The notes: generated from the sequence alone by a model not told the origin. 64,000 nucleotides of DNA from Eledone cirrhosa (GCA_964016885.1 OZ024741.1:114948001-115012000); one strand, 5' to 3'. Counted from the first letter of the stretch, positions 1 to 14,731 are shown. Numbers and translations: made by a program.

Positions 1-1062
1 GTGCGGACCTCGTGCTTGCGACAGGTTCAGAAAAGAACTCACAGCCTTCTTTAAAGGCTTCAGCCTCTCTATACAGGTTGAGGCCAATCTCTCAGTCGTT
101 AATTACCTCGACGTTACCCACAATTTATTGAATGGGTTGTATTACCCGTATAGAAAGCCGAATGATACGCTTAATTACATAAGTAAGCATTCCAACCATC
201 CTGCCAGCATAACCAAGAACCTGGTAAGAAACGTTTCGTTGAGGCTTTCCCGTCTTCCCACCAACGAGCGCATTTTCAACGACCATTCCACTTATTACAA
301 TGAAGCTCTTGCTCGAAGTGGATTTGTCGATAAGGTAGCATATACAGAGTACGAAAATAGACCTAGAAGAAATAGATCCCGTCGCATTTGTTGGTTTAAC
401 CCACCATATAATATGGAGGTGGCCACACCATTAGCTAAGATCTTTCTTTCCCTTATTACGAAGCATTTCCCCCTACACATAAATATAGTAAAATATTTAA
501 TAGAAATACTATTAAAATTTCTTACTCTACGACTCCTAACCTTGCACATAACATCACAGCTTCAAATTTAGCTAAACTACCTAGCCGTAGGAACACGTGC
601 AACCCTGTAGTTAGTACTAACTGTAATTGTAGGAATCGGGCTGATTACTCCCTATCCGGGAAATGCCTCTCTAGTAACATTGTCTACAAATGTAAGGTTG
701 TAACACCCACGTCCCGTAGGGCCTACATAGGGTTAACCGCCAATAGTTCCAAGCAGCGTCTTTACATGCATACCCATTCTTTTCGATACCCTCTAAGAAG
801 GAATATGACGTCACTTTCAGCTTATATCTGGAGTCTAAAAGACAACCACACCCAATATAAGTTACACTGGGAGATCCTAGATAGGGCTAGATCGTATAAC
901 GGAAATAAAAGACCATGTGACCTCTGCGCCGCTGAGGCCCTGGAAATACTCTACGCCACAGACCACATCTTAAACAAAAAATCTGAGGCAATTTCGGCTT
1001 GTAAACATAAATTGCACAAAACTTTCCTGTATTACAGCCCCACCCTATACCCTAACGGATAG
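1..1062 (+). pseudogene. Penelope-like element ORF, RT thumb + GIY-YIG endonuclease, frameshifted, cut by window start
   Basis: YYPYRKPN..YI..HSNHP, WFNPPY, CNC..IVYKC..YIG and CDLC..E motifs shared with the ORFs at 7233-9404, 27799-29703 and 40702-41655; near-identical inverted copy at 43028-43600. Confidence 0.9.
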
Positions 1063-2040
1063 TACGATCTATACGTGGATATTTTACTTCTTGATGTGGG
1101 AGCTAAGTATATGTTTTGTTTATTCCTTTACTTATTTGCATAGGTAAGTATTATTACCCATATGTTTTGTGAAGGTATGTATTCCTTCTCGTACGTATAT
1201 TTAATTCTTATGGCGTATAATTTTTATATATTCTAGTATTTAGGGTTTGGCTATGTGTATACGGGAGTTTTGCGTCTGCGTGAGTATGCAGGTTCGTACG
1301 TATGGTGGGTGTGTGTATATGTGTACTTCTTGTTTTAGTTGACTTACGTCTCCGAACATTCGTGTATTTATATGTAGGTATGTGTGTGCGCTTGTTATAT
1401 ACGTATTTATTTACTTATATATGTTTATTTATTTATTTGTACACAAGCATACACACACACACATATCTATATGTGCGTGGTTTTGTATACTTATGGTAAG
1501 GTTTTGCGTATGCTTGTGTATGTACGTATTTGTTTGCGTGTATGTATTTATTTACTTCTGTATTGTATTTATTTACTTTGTTCTTAACTCTGTAGCGGAG
1601 ATTCATTTGGTCTCCTAGTTAGAATTTTAGTCTACGACTTCTGCTATACCATTTACGCGGTTTTGTCTTTGCGTGCTATTGCTCTCCACGCTCCACATAT
1701 GACTTATTATCTTCGTTTTTCCGTTCATCGCCAGAGAACGTCTCTATGCACCACCTAAGACAACATTAGTCTACGACCTCTTTTATACCATAAACGTGGT
1801 TCTGTCTTTGCGCGTAATTGTTTTTCACCGCTCCTATTAATGACGTATTCGTTTTTTCCCGTTCTTTGCCAGCGAACGTTTCCACGAACCAAAGTATCGT
1901 CTTCCTGTCTTCCTCCGGTTGCAACGTTTTTTGAAATATCCAGTTCTGCGTTTAGAGATTGACTTTGTTAGTTTCAGAATATCCCGTTAAGGGTGAAAGC
2001 AGCGATTCTTTTCTTAAACTTTAATCTGTTATTTTAATAA
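1063..2040 (+). repeat. 3' UTR / pseudo-LTR of the preceding PLE, with a decayed hammerhead at 1970-2020
   Basis: TG-rich UTR followed by a segment (~1748-2040) that recurs at 22792-23090; ends in (TA)n. Confidence 0.6.
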
Positions 2041-2068
2041 ATATATATATATGTATATATAGATATAG

Positions 2069-2103
<35 letters not shown>

Positions 2104-2108
2104 TATAG

Positions 2109-2177
<69 letters not shown>

Positions 2178-2186
2178 ATATATATA

Positions 2187-2400
2187 GTAAAAACCACAGA
2201 CCCTCCATCTCAACTCTAATTTTGAAAAGCAGAAGAACTGCGAAATCGGTAAAGGAACCAAATAAATATATATATTTAAAAAAAAAATAAGACTCCAGTT
2301 GCATTTTCGATTTTATCTTTTTTTCTTTATACATTCACTCGTGTAGGACACCTCGGTTATTTTTCATTTTGTAAAAAAACCCTCACTTTCCAATATAGTT
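2187..2400 (+). repeat. solo pseudo-LTR fragment of the Neptune-like PLE at 30830-36130
   Basis: reverse complement of ~30830-31040 and ~35440-35645; second copy at 14928-15142. Confidence 0.85.
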
Positions 2401-2691
2401 GTATATATATATATATAGTTATATATCTATAGTTATATATATATATATATATAGTTATATATATACAGTATTTTCCGTTGTGTTGTAATATAAATATTAC
2501 ACACAGTAGATTATCAGCTCACGTAGAGTTTGGTCGACGGTTCCAGTTGTAGTTCCAAAAGTAATCCGGAGAAAAATAGTTATATATATATAGTTATATA
2601 TATATAGTTATATATATAATAGTTATATATATATAGTTATATATATATATATATATATATATGAGTAAATATATATACGGATAAAATTTTC

Positions 2692-2910
2692 AGTCATGTA
2701 TATTTTTATTTGTTTGACCCGAATTACTTGATCGTATTTTTTGGCTGTGCGAATTATTGTTTAAACATCGTGTCCGTGTGTTTGGTATTAAACGTTAGTT
2801 ATAGCTCTGGTTCTTCCGAACCATTGAGCACTTTGTCGCACATTTCGGAGATTGTTTTTCGTTATTTCGTGGGCCAAAGTTCCGTTTCTCGATAATTTTA
2901 TTTGTTTTTA
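2692..2910. repeat. fragment of a non-coding repeat family (also 15551-15770 and inverted at 21768-22646)
   Basis: direct sequence similarity among the copies. Confidence 0.8.
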
Positions 2911-3003
2911 TATATATATATATATAGTTATATATATATATAACTATATATATACATAACTATATATATAGTTATATATATATATATATAACTATATATA
3001 TAG

Positions 3004-3089
<86 letters not shown>

Positions 3090-3137
3090 ATATATATATT
3101 GTTATATATATATAGTTATATATATAGTTAGATATAG

Positions 3138-3180
<43 letters not shown>

Positions 3181-3189
3181 TATATATAT

Positions 3190-4174
3190 GTAGATAAATC
3201 TACCAAGAGTTTACGGTAGTGTCCAATCCGTATGAAGAACTCAATGTATTCCGGATATCATGGAAAGAAGAGATGTAATGAAAAATCACTTTCGGTGAAA
3301 GATAAACGGTATACAGAGTCAAGATAAAATATTAAACAAATAATGAATAAAACAATGAAACAGTTCCTTATATTAAACAAAAAAAGTTCATTATTTAACG
3401 ATCGTTTCTAGGATATATATGTGTTAGAATTGGTATGCATATTCAACAGATCTATGTACAAAATTATACAAAATTATACAAACTATCAAGATTAAATATA
3501 CATACCAACACATATATACGCCGTCTTCAGAAATAATGAAATATATTTATTGATAATAACAACAATTCAAAATTTCAGGTCCGTTTGGGAACAAAATTGA
3601 CCAATGAAAATACAAAAGGTTTTATGCAGTTCGGTGTGTGTATATACATGTAACTACCCTTACACATATTTTACAAAAATGTATGCTCAACATGTATACG
3701 CATACCAAAAGGATGGATGCAAATACAACATTTCAAGGTTAATGTCTCTGTAAGTTTATAATGCACAGATAAGATGCGTATAGACACATAATATGAAATA
3801 AGTGTATACACATATTCTCATACTCACACATATCCGTACAATCACACACACGCGCGCGTATATGCATAAACATACACATAATTACGAACATACAAACACA
3901 CACACACCCCCACTCACATATATATATATGTGGATATCATAAGCACATGGATATTAATTCACTCACATAAACACTGCCACACACATTTAGATCAAGAAAC
4001 AGAAATTAGGTGGGAGGGGGGGGGAGAGGTCAGTATTCAACGGTTTGGGCAGACTGCTTATTATAGATGTATCTATAAACTAAGAAAATAAAAAATAAAA
4101 ATTAAAAAGGAAAGAAAAGAAAAAGAAAAAAGAAAAAAGAAATATATCAAGAAAATATATATATATATATATAT

Positions 4175-4230
<56 letters not shown>

Positions 4231-4327
4231 ACATACATACATATACACACATCCACACTTAGAACATACATACACACACATATATAAACATATACATATA
4301 CACACATACACACATATACACACATAC

Positions 4328-4380
<53 letters not shown>

Positions 4381-4657
4381 TACACATATAATCACACATA
4401 CTATATAGACACACATATATATACACACATACACGCACATATACATACACATACATACTTATATACATACAGATATACACATACATACCTATATATACAC
4501 ACAAATACATACAGACATACATACATACATACACACAAATACTTACGCATCCATATATCGGTATATACATACAAACACCACTACACTCTCACACAACTCA
4601 GACATACAAAGAAAAAGGTATATACCTATACACATATACATATACAAATAGAGATAC

Positions 4658-4718
<61 letters not shown>

Positions 4719-4906
4719 CACATATACACACATATACATACATACACATACATACATGTACACACACATACATATACATACATACACACATACACACATA
4801 CATATATAGTCATACACACACATACACCTACACGAACATACACATACACATATATAAAGATATATATACACACACACATACACACACACACATATATATA
4901 AAATAA

Positions 4907-4949
<43 letters not shown>

Positions 4950-5276
4950 CATATACATACACACATACATAGACATATATGTACATACATACACATACAT
5001 ACATACATACACACACATATATACATATATATACACACATAGACACATACATACACACACAACATACATACACACACATATATACTCATACATAGAATTA
5101 GATATATATTCATACATACATACGCACTTACATATACTCATATATACAAATACATACGCATCCATATATGCGTATATACATACAAACACCACTACACCCT
5201 CACACAACTCAGACATACAAAGAAAAAGGCATATACATATACATATATACACACATTAATAGAGATATATATACAC

Positions 5277-5307
<31 letters not shown>

Positions 5308-5514
5308 CATTTATATATATAGACCCACACACACATACAACCATAAACACACATACAAACACATATACACATATATATACACATACATATATATACACAC
5401 ACACAAAAAACAGACATACACATATATATTTTTTTACACATATATATACACATATATATACATATACACACCCTCACATATACACACATACACATAAGTT
5501 ATATTATAATAATA

Positions 5515-5559
<45 letters not shown>

Positions 5560-5798
5560 CGAATATAGACATATATACACACATAGATATACATATATAT
5601 ATACATATACACACACACACACACACACTCACATATATATGTGCGCACACGTACATATATACACATACACACATATACACGTAAACACATACATGTGCAT
5701 ACATGCACATACACACATATACCCACATAGATACGAAGATAGACATATAAATAGAGAGACATACATATATATACACACACATATATACATACATACAT

Positions 5799-5863
<65 letters not shown>

Positions 5864-6684
5864 CACACATACACGCCCACACACATATACACATATACAT
5901 ATATATATACATACACACATACACATACACATATATATACACATGCATATATACACATATATATATATACATACACACATATATATACACACAATCTTAC
6001 ATTCTTATTTGCATGCGCATATATGTATTTTTATATTCAGATATAAATACCCAAACATATATACACCTACCTACATATATATTCATACATACACGCTTAC
6101 AAACACAGATGATAATAGTATGGGGGAAAGGGGGGGGGTTGGAGAAGGGGATTATAGTAAATATATGTTTCAAGAAACATAGAATATTATCTGTATCTGG
6201 ATCCAATGTATGTTTTTACATAGTTTCAGTGTTAGGAAATACAAGAAATAAGGCAAAATTTATGCATTTCAAAATAAATAAGTATACCATTAATTATATG
6301 TTAACTAAACTAAAGATAGTTAACATATTGATTTCTAAGGTGTAAATTAGTTAGGTTTATAATATTTGAAGCAGAATTTTGAAGTTAAATAGTAGTAGAG
6401 TATTAATTATAGTATAACTAAATTAAAGTTAATAACGTTATGGTATCAATATTAGGAAATGAATTTAGTAATAGGGAAAAAACAAATAAAGTATTACATC
6501 GGTAGTAGAATATAAATTATAGGTTAACTAAATTAAAAATTATATATTAATTTCTATAGTATATGTTAATTAGGTATATAATAAATAAAACAGATATTGT
6601 ATTTTATCAATAGCAGAATATAATTATATGCAAATAGAAATCAAAATTAATACATATACATATACATATACATACACACATATA

Positions 6685-6744
<60 letters not shown>

Positions 6745-9384
6745 TACACATACATATACATACATACATATACATATTTTTTCAAAAATTGCAAAGAATA
6801 TATTAACTAGGTATACATCCAAAACACATCCCATTCTATGATTACATGACACTCTGCAATCCGTCTGTATAAGGATACTAATTTTAAGCCAATTAAATTA
6901 AATTTTTAGGTTGACTAAATTTAAAACCAAATTATAAATATATTTCTAAAATGTATATTAATTAGGTCTATAATACTAAAAATTATTTCTCTGTCATTGG
7001 ATACACGATATTTTGTTATATTTTATCTGTAAAGGAATTTTAATAAAAGGTTTAAATAAATTAAAATTAATCTATAAATTAAATTACTAAGTATATATTA
7101 GTAATATTTAAAGGTTTTTCACAATTTATGATTACACAATATTTTATATTCTCATCTGTAGTAGAATTTTAATTAAATTAAATTTATAGGTTAACTAACA
7201 TTTAAATTAAATTAATTTCTAAAATAATGTTATTAATTAGGTTTATAATATTTAAATGTTTTTTTTAGTTTATGATTACACGATATAATTAATTCCTGTC
7301 GTTTATTTAATAGGATATCCTTAGATTTCATTATTTCAAATAGTTCTTGGGAACATAATCTACATTCATTTCTATTATTTTGATAAGGGGTGGCTCTTTT
7401 GAGCACACTCCAGGTCAAATCATATTCTATATTCTTATTTTTATAACTATTGATTTTTTCTGCTAGAGATGTTGTATTAGCCAGTGCGGCATTTCTAAAA
7501 CTATGCTTGTGGGTATTAAACCTTGTCTTAAAATTGTTAGAGGTAGCTCCTATATATGAGCAAATAGAATCTTTAGTTTTAACATTACATTTATAGACTA
7601 TGTTGTTAACAAGACAATTCCCTTTTAATGGGCAGTTTGCTTTGTTTCTACAGTTACAACCTTTCGTTAATTCTGTATTTGAGGAGATATTATGGTTAAT
7701 TTGATGTACTGGTGGTATACTTATGGTTTTCTTACATTTATATGCATTATAGGCACTTATATTTTGTTTTATGTTATTTGTTGTAGAGTATGAGAATTTA
7801 ACTGTAGACCTATTTAAGATTTGATGGTATTTGTGGTTTGGCGGGAAGTTTTTCTCTAGGATATAAAAAATTTTTTTAGCAATATTATCCTTAATTTGTA
7901 AATTAAATGGAGCATTATACCAAGTAACCCGTCTATTACGGTTTCTATGTTGTTTATTATTTTTATTATTTTTATAGGTTGTATCGTGATGTTTACTAGG
8001 AGGATTAATGTTAATGATCTCACCACAACCATTTTTAGTTATATTTGTAGATTTAGGTGTTTTATCCTTTTTATTAGGAGTTTTATTATTAATATTTATT
8101 AGAGTTGTATGATGAGTAGTTTTTTGAGAGTTACTATATTTTATATTAGAAGATTTGGTATTTTGGGGTATAGTGTGGGTGGCATTTAGGTGTGTACTTT
8201 TCATTTGGTGTTTGTTGGTAATATTAGGTTGTATGCTTTTAGTATTTTTAGTAGAAGGTATATATTCTAATCTATTTTTGTGGCCACTTCTATCTAGAGC
8301 TTCGTTATAGAAGGTCGCATTTTTATCAAATACATCTTGGTTAGAAGAAAGGTTAGAAATTCTAAGTGATATATTATATGCAAGGTTTTTAAGGATAGAT
8401 TTAGGGTGATTAGATTGTGAGTGTATGTAATGTAAGTTTTGGTTTGGTTTATGGTAAGGTTGGTAGATACCCGTAGCTAAATCTAAAGTTATATCTAGGA
8501 AATTTACTACTTTACTTGTTTTTTCAAAAGTAATATGAAGATTATAATAGTCTTTAAGGAAAGTTCTAATATGTTTTTTGTTTTTTTCAATTTCTGAAAG
8601 GCTAAGGTTGTTAGAAAGAAGAAGACAGTCATCACGATATAAACCACCTTTGAGGTGGGGAAAGGAGGCATTTATGTTGAAAAGGAGAAAGAGGCCCACA
8701 AGATCAGTAATTTGGGCGGAATCGCTTGAACCCATAGTAATATCAAATAGATTACTATATGTGTTTCTGGTCCAGTATTCATTCTGAAATTCAATAAGTG
8801 TTAGTCTAGCATGTGTAATAATATTAATGTCATCCAAAGTTAAGTTAGATCTATTTTTAGCAAATATCAATGCTTTGTTCAGGAGTATAGGTGATATAGA
8901 AGAATAGTAATTATCTATATCAAATTGTAGAAATGAAGCAGAAGATTTACATCTAATATTTTTAAACCAGTTAATTACCTGGGAGGTGTTTTCCCAGAGT
9001 GGTAAAATAACGTGTTTTCTTATTTGTGGGATGACTCTATCCAAAATTTTTTTGCTAATTATTCCAATATCTGATTTGGAGGGACATATAAGTCTAATAG
9101 AAGGATTTGAGTTAAAGTTTGATTTATGATCCTTCAGGTTGAAGTGTGGTCTTTTCAATGCAAAAGGTTCAGTTCTATCTTCAATGTTTAGTTTTTTTAC
9201 TATGTTGTGTGTTTTGTTGTTGATGTTGGTGAGTGACGCATTATTAGATTTTTTATAATTTTTTCTGAGTTCTTTATATATGAACTCATTATAATGTTCA
9301 ATATCCATATGATACAAGTTACCAGTTTTGTCCGAGTGGACATGGATTTTTTTAGACTTTTTTAGGTCCAATAGGGTAGAATCA
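3190..9384 (-). mobile_element. 5'-truncated Penelope-like element with ~4 kb 3' UTR and terminal pLTR/HHR
   Basis: ORF 7233-9404, long UTR, HHR at 3387-3540, (TA)n flank. Confidence 0.9.
3387..3540 (-). ncRNA. type I hammerhead ribozyme, long stem II
   Basis: rc: TTCATTATTT-CTGAAGA-[long stem II]-GAAA-CGATCG-TT-AAATAATGAA; 10-bp stem I, palindromic stem III. Confidence 0.8.
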
Positions 9385-9404
9385 AAAGAGCCACCCCTTA
9401 TCAA
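7233..9404 (-). CDS. PLE reverse transcriptase + GIY-YIG endonuclease (5'-truncated, frame uninterrupted; GLYRDD-type RT, tentatively Nematis-like)
   Basis: SDKTGNLY, RLICPSKSDIG, QFDI..YY, DITMGSSDSAQITDLVG, GLYRDD, FLDITL, CNC..CPL..C, IVYKC, YIG, FKTR; first ~7 codons come from the inverted arm. Confidence 0.92.
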   Translation of the reverse strand: MIRGGSFDSTLLDLKKSKKIHVHSDKTGNLYHMDIEHYNEFIYKELRKNYKKSNNASLTNINNKTHNIVKKLNIEDRTEPFALKRPHFNLKDHKSNFNSNPSIRLICPSKSDIGIISKKILDRVIPQIRKHVILPLWENTSQVINWFKNIRCKSSASFLQFDIDNYYSSISPILLNKALIFAKNRSNLTLDDINIITHARLTLIEFQNEYWTRNTYSNLFDITMGSSDSAQITDLVGLFLLFNINASFPHLKGGLYRDDCLLLSNNLSLSEIEKNKKHIRTFLKDYYNLHITFEKTSKVVNFLDITLDLATGIYQPYHKPNQNLHYIHSQSNHPKSILKNLAYNISLRISNLSSNQDVFDKNATFYNEALDRSGHKNRLEYIPSTKNTKSIQPNITNKHQMKSTHLNATHTIPQNTKSSNIKYSNSQKTTHHTTLININNKTPNKKDKTPKSTNITKNGCGEIININPPSKHHDTTYKNNKNNKQHRNRNRRVTWYNAPFNLQIKDNIAKKIFYILEKNFPPNHKYHQILNRSTVKFSYSTTNNIKQNISAYNAYKCKKTISIPPVHQINHNISSNTELTKGCNCRNKANCPLKGNCLVNNIVYKCNVKTKDSICSYIGATSNNFKTRFNTHKHSFRNAALANTTSLAEKINSYKNKNIEYDLTWSVLKRATPYQNNRNECRLCSQELFEIMKSKDILLNKRQELIISCNHKLKKTFKYYKPN

Positions 9405-10039
9405 AATAATAGAAATGAATGTAGATTATGTTCCCAAGAACTATTTGAAATAATGAAATCTAAGGATATCCTATTAAATAAACGACAGGAATTAATTATA
9501 TCGTGTAATCATAAACTAAAAAAAACATTTAAATATTATAAACCTAATTAATAACATTATTTTAGAAATTAATTTAATTTAAATGTTAGTTAACCTATAA
9601 ATTTAATTTAATTAAAATTCTACTACAGATGAGAATATAAAATATTATGTAATCATAAATTGTGAAAAACCTTTAAATATTACTAATATATACTTAGTAA
9701 TTTAATTTATAGATTAATTTTAATTTATTTAAACCTTTTATTAAAATTCCTTTACAGATAAAATATAACAAAATATCGTGTATCCAATGACAGAGAAATA
9801 ATTTTTAGTATTATAGACCTAATTAATATACATTTTAGAAATATATTTATAATTTGGTTTTAAATTTAGTCAACCTAAAAATTTAATTTAATTGGCTTAA
9901 AATTAGTATCCTTATACAGACGGATTGCAGAGTGTCATGTAATCATAGAATGGGATGTGTTTTGGATGTATACCTAGTTAATATATTCTTTGCAATTTTT
10001 GAAAAAATATGTATATGTATGTATGTATATGTATGTGTA

Positions 10040-10110
<71 letters not shown>

Positions 10111-10917
10111 ATGTATATGTATATGTATATGTATTAATTTTGATTTCTATTTGCATATAATTATATTCTGCTATTGATAAAATACAATATCTGTTTTATT
10201 TATTATATACCTAATTAACATATACTATAGAAATTAATATATAATTTTTAATTTAGTTAACCTATAATTTATATTCTACTACCGATGTAATACTTTATTT
10301 GTTTTTTCCCTATTACTAAATTCATTTCCTAATATTGATACCATAACGTTATTAACTTTAATTTAGTTATACTATAATTAATACTCTACTACTATTTAAC
10401 TTCAAAATTCTGCTTCAAATATTATAAACCTAACTAATTTACACCTTAGAAATCAATATGTTAACTATCTTTAGTTTAGTTAACATATAATTAATGGTAT
10501 ACTTATTTATTTTGAAATGCATAAATTTTGCCTTATTTCTTGTATTTCCTAACACTGAAACTATGTAAAAACATACATTGGATCCAGATACAGATAATAT
10601 TCTATGTTTCTTGAAACATATATTTACTATAATCCCCTTCTCCAACCCCCCCCTTTCCCCCATACTATTATCATCTGTGTTTGTAAGCGTGTATGTATGA
10701 ATATATATGTAGGTAGGTGTATATATGTTTGGGTATTTATATCTGAATATAAAAATACATATATGCGCATGCAAATAAGAATGTAAGATTGTGTGTATAT
10801 ATATGTGTGTATGTATATATATATGTGTATATATGCATGTGTATATATATGTGTATGTGTATGTGTGTATGTATATATATATGTATATGTGTATATGTGT
10901 GTGGGCGTGTATGTGTG

Positions 10918-10956
<39 letters not shown>

Positions 10957-11195
10957 ATGTATGTATGTATATATGTGTGTGTATATATATGTATGTCTCT
11001 CTATTTATATGTCTATCTTCGTATCTATGTGGGTATATGTGTGTATGTGCATGTATGCACATGTATGTGTTTACGTGTATATGTGTGTATGTGTATATAT
11101 GTACGTGTGCGCACATATATATGTGAGTGTGTGTGTGGGTGTGTGTATATGTATATATATATGTATATCTATGTGTGTATATATGTCTATATTCG

Positions 11196-11238
<43 letters not shown>

Positions 11239-11445
11239 TATTATTATAATATAACTTATGTGTATGTGTGTATATGTGAGGGTGTGTATATGTATATATA
11301 TGTGTATATATATGTGTAAAAAAATATATATGTGTATGTCTGTTTTTTGTGTGTGTGTATATATATGTATGTGTATATATATGTGTATATGTGTTTGTAT
11401 GTGTGTTTATGGTTGTATGTGTGTGTGGGTCTATATATATAAATG

Positions 11446-11476
<31 letters not shown>

Positions 11477-11807
11477 GTGTATATATATCTCTATTAATGT
11501 GTGTATATATGTATATGTATATGCCTTTTTCTTTGTATGTCTGAGTTGTGTGAGGGTGTAGTGGTGTTTGTATGTATATACGCATATATGGATGCGTATG
11601 TATTTGTATATATGAGTATATGTAAGTGCGTATGTATGTATGAATATATATCTAATTCTATGTATGAGTATATATGTGTGTGTATGTATGTTGTGTGTGT
11701 ATGTATGTATATTTCTATGTGTGTATATATATGTATATATGTGTGTGTATGTATGTATGTATGTGTATGTATGTACATATATGTCTATGTATGTGTGTAT
11801 GTATATG

Positions 11808-11854
<47 letters not shown>

Positions 11855-12364
11855 TTATTTTATATATATGTGTGTGTGTGTATATATATCTTTATATATG
11901 TGTATGTGTATGTTCGTGTAGGTGTATGTGTGTGTATGACTATATATGTATGTGTGTATGTGTGTATGTATGTATATGTATGTGTGTGTACATGTATGTA
12001 TGTGTATGTATGTATATGTGTGTATATGTGTATGTATATATATATATATATATATATGTGTATATATATATATATATATATGTATATGTATCTCTATTTG
12101 TATATGTATATGTGTATAGGTATATACCTTTTTCTTTGTATGTCTGAGTTGTGTGAGAGTGTAGTGGTGTTTGTATGTATATACCGATATATGGATGCGT
12201 AAGTATTTGTGTGTATGTATGTATGTATGTCTGTATGTATTTGTGTGTATATATAGGTATGTATGTGTATATCTGTATGTATATAAGTATGTATGTGTAT
12301 GTATATGTGCGTGTATGTGTGTATATATATGTGTGTCTATATAGTATGTGTGATTATATGTGTA

Positions 12365-12423
<59 letters not shown>

Positions 12424-12520
12424 GTATGTGTGTATATGTGTGTATGTGTGTATATGTATATGTTTATATATGTGTGTGTATGTATGTTCTAAGTGTGGAT
12501 GTGTGTATATGTATGTATGT

Positions 12521-12570
<50 letters not shown>

Positions 12571-13415
12571 ATATATATATATATTTTCTTGATATATTTC
12601 TTTTTTCTTTTTTCTTTTTCTTTTCTTTCCTTTTTAATTTTAATTTTTTATTTTCTTAGTTTATAGATACATCTATAATAAGCAGTCTGCCCAAACCGTT
12701 GAATACTGACCTCTCCCCCCCCTCCCACCTAATTTCTGTATCTTGATCTAAATGTGTGTGGCAGTGTTTATGTGAGTGAATTAATATCCATGTGCTTATG
12801 ATATCCACATATATATATATGTGAGTGGGGGTGTGTGTGTGTTTGTATGTTCGTAATTATGTGTATGTTTATGCATATACGCGCGCGTGTGTGTGATTGT
12901 ACGGATATGTGTGAGTATGAGAATATGTGTATACACTTATTTCATATTTATGTGTCTATACGCATCTTATCTGTGCATTATAAACTTACAGAGACATTAA
13001 CCTTGAAATGTTGTATTTGCATCCATCCTTTTGGTATGCGTATACATGTTGAGCATACATTTTTGTAAAATATGTGTAAGGGTAGTTACATGTATATACA
13101 CACACCGAACTGCATAAAACCTTTTGTATTTTCATTGGTCAATTTTGTTCCCAAACGGACCTGAAATTTTGAATTGTTGTTATTATCAATAAATATATTT
13201 AATTATTTCTGAAGACGGCGTATATATGTGTTGGTATGTATATTTAATCTTGATAGTTTGTATAATTTTGTATAATTTTGTACATAGATCTGTTGAATAT
13301 GCATACCAATTCTAACACATATATATCCTAGAAACGATCGTTAAATAATGAACTTTTTTTGTTTAATATAAGGAACTGTTTCATTGTTTTATTCATTATT
13401 TGTTTAATATTTTAT
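9384..13415 (+). mobile_element. inverted ~4 kb copy of the 3' end of the same PLE
   Basis: reverse complement of ~3324-7400; differs mainly in microsatellite lengths and a few SNPs. Confidence 0.95.
13202..13349 (+). ncRNA. type I hammerhead ribozyme
   Basis: ATTATTT-CTGAAGA(13209)-stem II-GAAA(13331)-CGATCG-TT-AAATAAT. Confidence 0.8.
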
Positions 13416-13464
13416 AGTTATATATATATATATAGTTATATATATATATATATATATATAGTTA

Positions 13465-14592
13465 TCCCACATCTTACGTTAACCATTTTTCCCATTTTGA
13501 CGCTCTAGTCACTTATATATTATGGAATATTGTTGGATTTTAGCTACAATATTTTCTAAGCCTTTCATTTATATATTTATATATAAATCAGTGAGAAATT
13601 TTGGTTATCGAGTTGAGCTCTGTTGAGGATCGAATTCCAACCGTGACCATCTCCACTGAAAGTTTTAGTGAAATAGTCTTCAAGACTATACAGAGCATTT
13701 GTAGTCGTCCCAAATTGAAGGATGAGTATTTTAAACTTTATTTTATCAAGAGTTAAGGCTCTATTGATTTTTCCCTGGATTTCACTAAATTCTGTTGGAT
13801 GAATCTATTTACTGATTCTTTTTGAGTTGCGTTTGAATTATTTTTCCCACATCTTACGTTAACTATTTTTCCCATTTTGACGCTATAGTCACTTATATAT
13901 TATGGAATACTGTTGGCTTTCTGCTACAATATTTCCTATACCTTTCATTTATATATTTATACTCGGATTTCTTTCCTAGAGTGCTTAAATTATTTGTGAC
14001 TAATCCCGGTATTTTTTAATAAAAAAAACGCGATAAAATTGCTTTTTGCTGAACTCCTTATTGTAGAGTCTTTTTTTCGAAATGTTTTTGACTGTTGTTA
14101 TTTGTAAACAAACATTCGTCTCATTCTGACGTCACCAGCCCTGTCTTTCCACATGTGCGTTTTATTTTTATAATCACGCATGATGGTGATCTATTCTGCT
14201 TTTAATTCCCTTTTTGGCATATTAATCAGTGAGAAATTTTGGTTATCGAGTTGAGATCTGCTGAGGATCGGATTCCAACCGTGACCATCTCCACTGAAAG
14301 TTTTCGTGAAATAGTCTTCAAGACTATACAGAGCATTTGTAGTTGTCCCAAATTGAAGGATGAGTATTTTAAACTTTATTTCATCATGAGTTAAGGCTCT
14401 ATTGATTTTTCCCTGGATTTCACTAAATTCTGTTGGATGAATCTATTTACTGATTCTTTTTGAGTTGAGATTGAATTATTTTTCCCACATCTTACGTTAA
14501 CTATTTTTCCCATTTTGACGCTATAGTCACTTATATATTATGGAATACTGTTGGCTTTTTGCTACAATATTTTCTATACCTTTCATTTATAT
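13465..14592 (+). repeat. partial tandem of a ~638 bp non-coding unit with HHRs at 13617-13696 and 14255-14334
   Basis: GCTCTG-(C/T)TGAGGA-...-GAAA-TAGTCT TCA AGACTA-TA-CAGAGC; copy 1 has C3>U, copy 2 has a stem I mismatch. Confidence 0.8.
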
Positions 14593-14594
14593 AG

Positions 14595-14685
<91 letters not shown>

Positions 14686-14686
14686 G

Positions 14687-14731
<45 letters not shown>

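Noticed and set aside
4073-6852. Many overlapping Y/I/C/V/M/H/T-rich ORFs (also 10.4-12.7 kb, 14.5 kb, 20-21 kb, 55-56.9 kb, 61.2-62.7 kb)
   Set aside because: Stop-free translations of (TA)n/(TG)n microsatellite in several frames
3324-13415. Large inversion as an assembly fold-back artefact
   Set aside because: Arms differ by SNPs, enclose a ~2 kb unique spacer and follow the same polarity as many smaller cases; not fully excluded without reads
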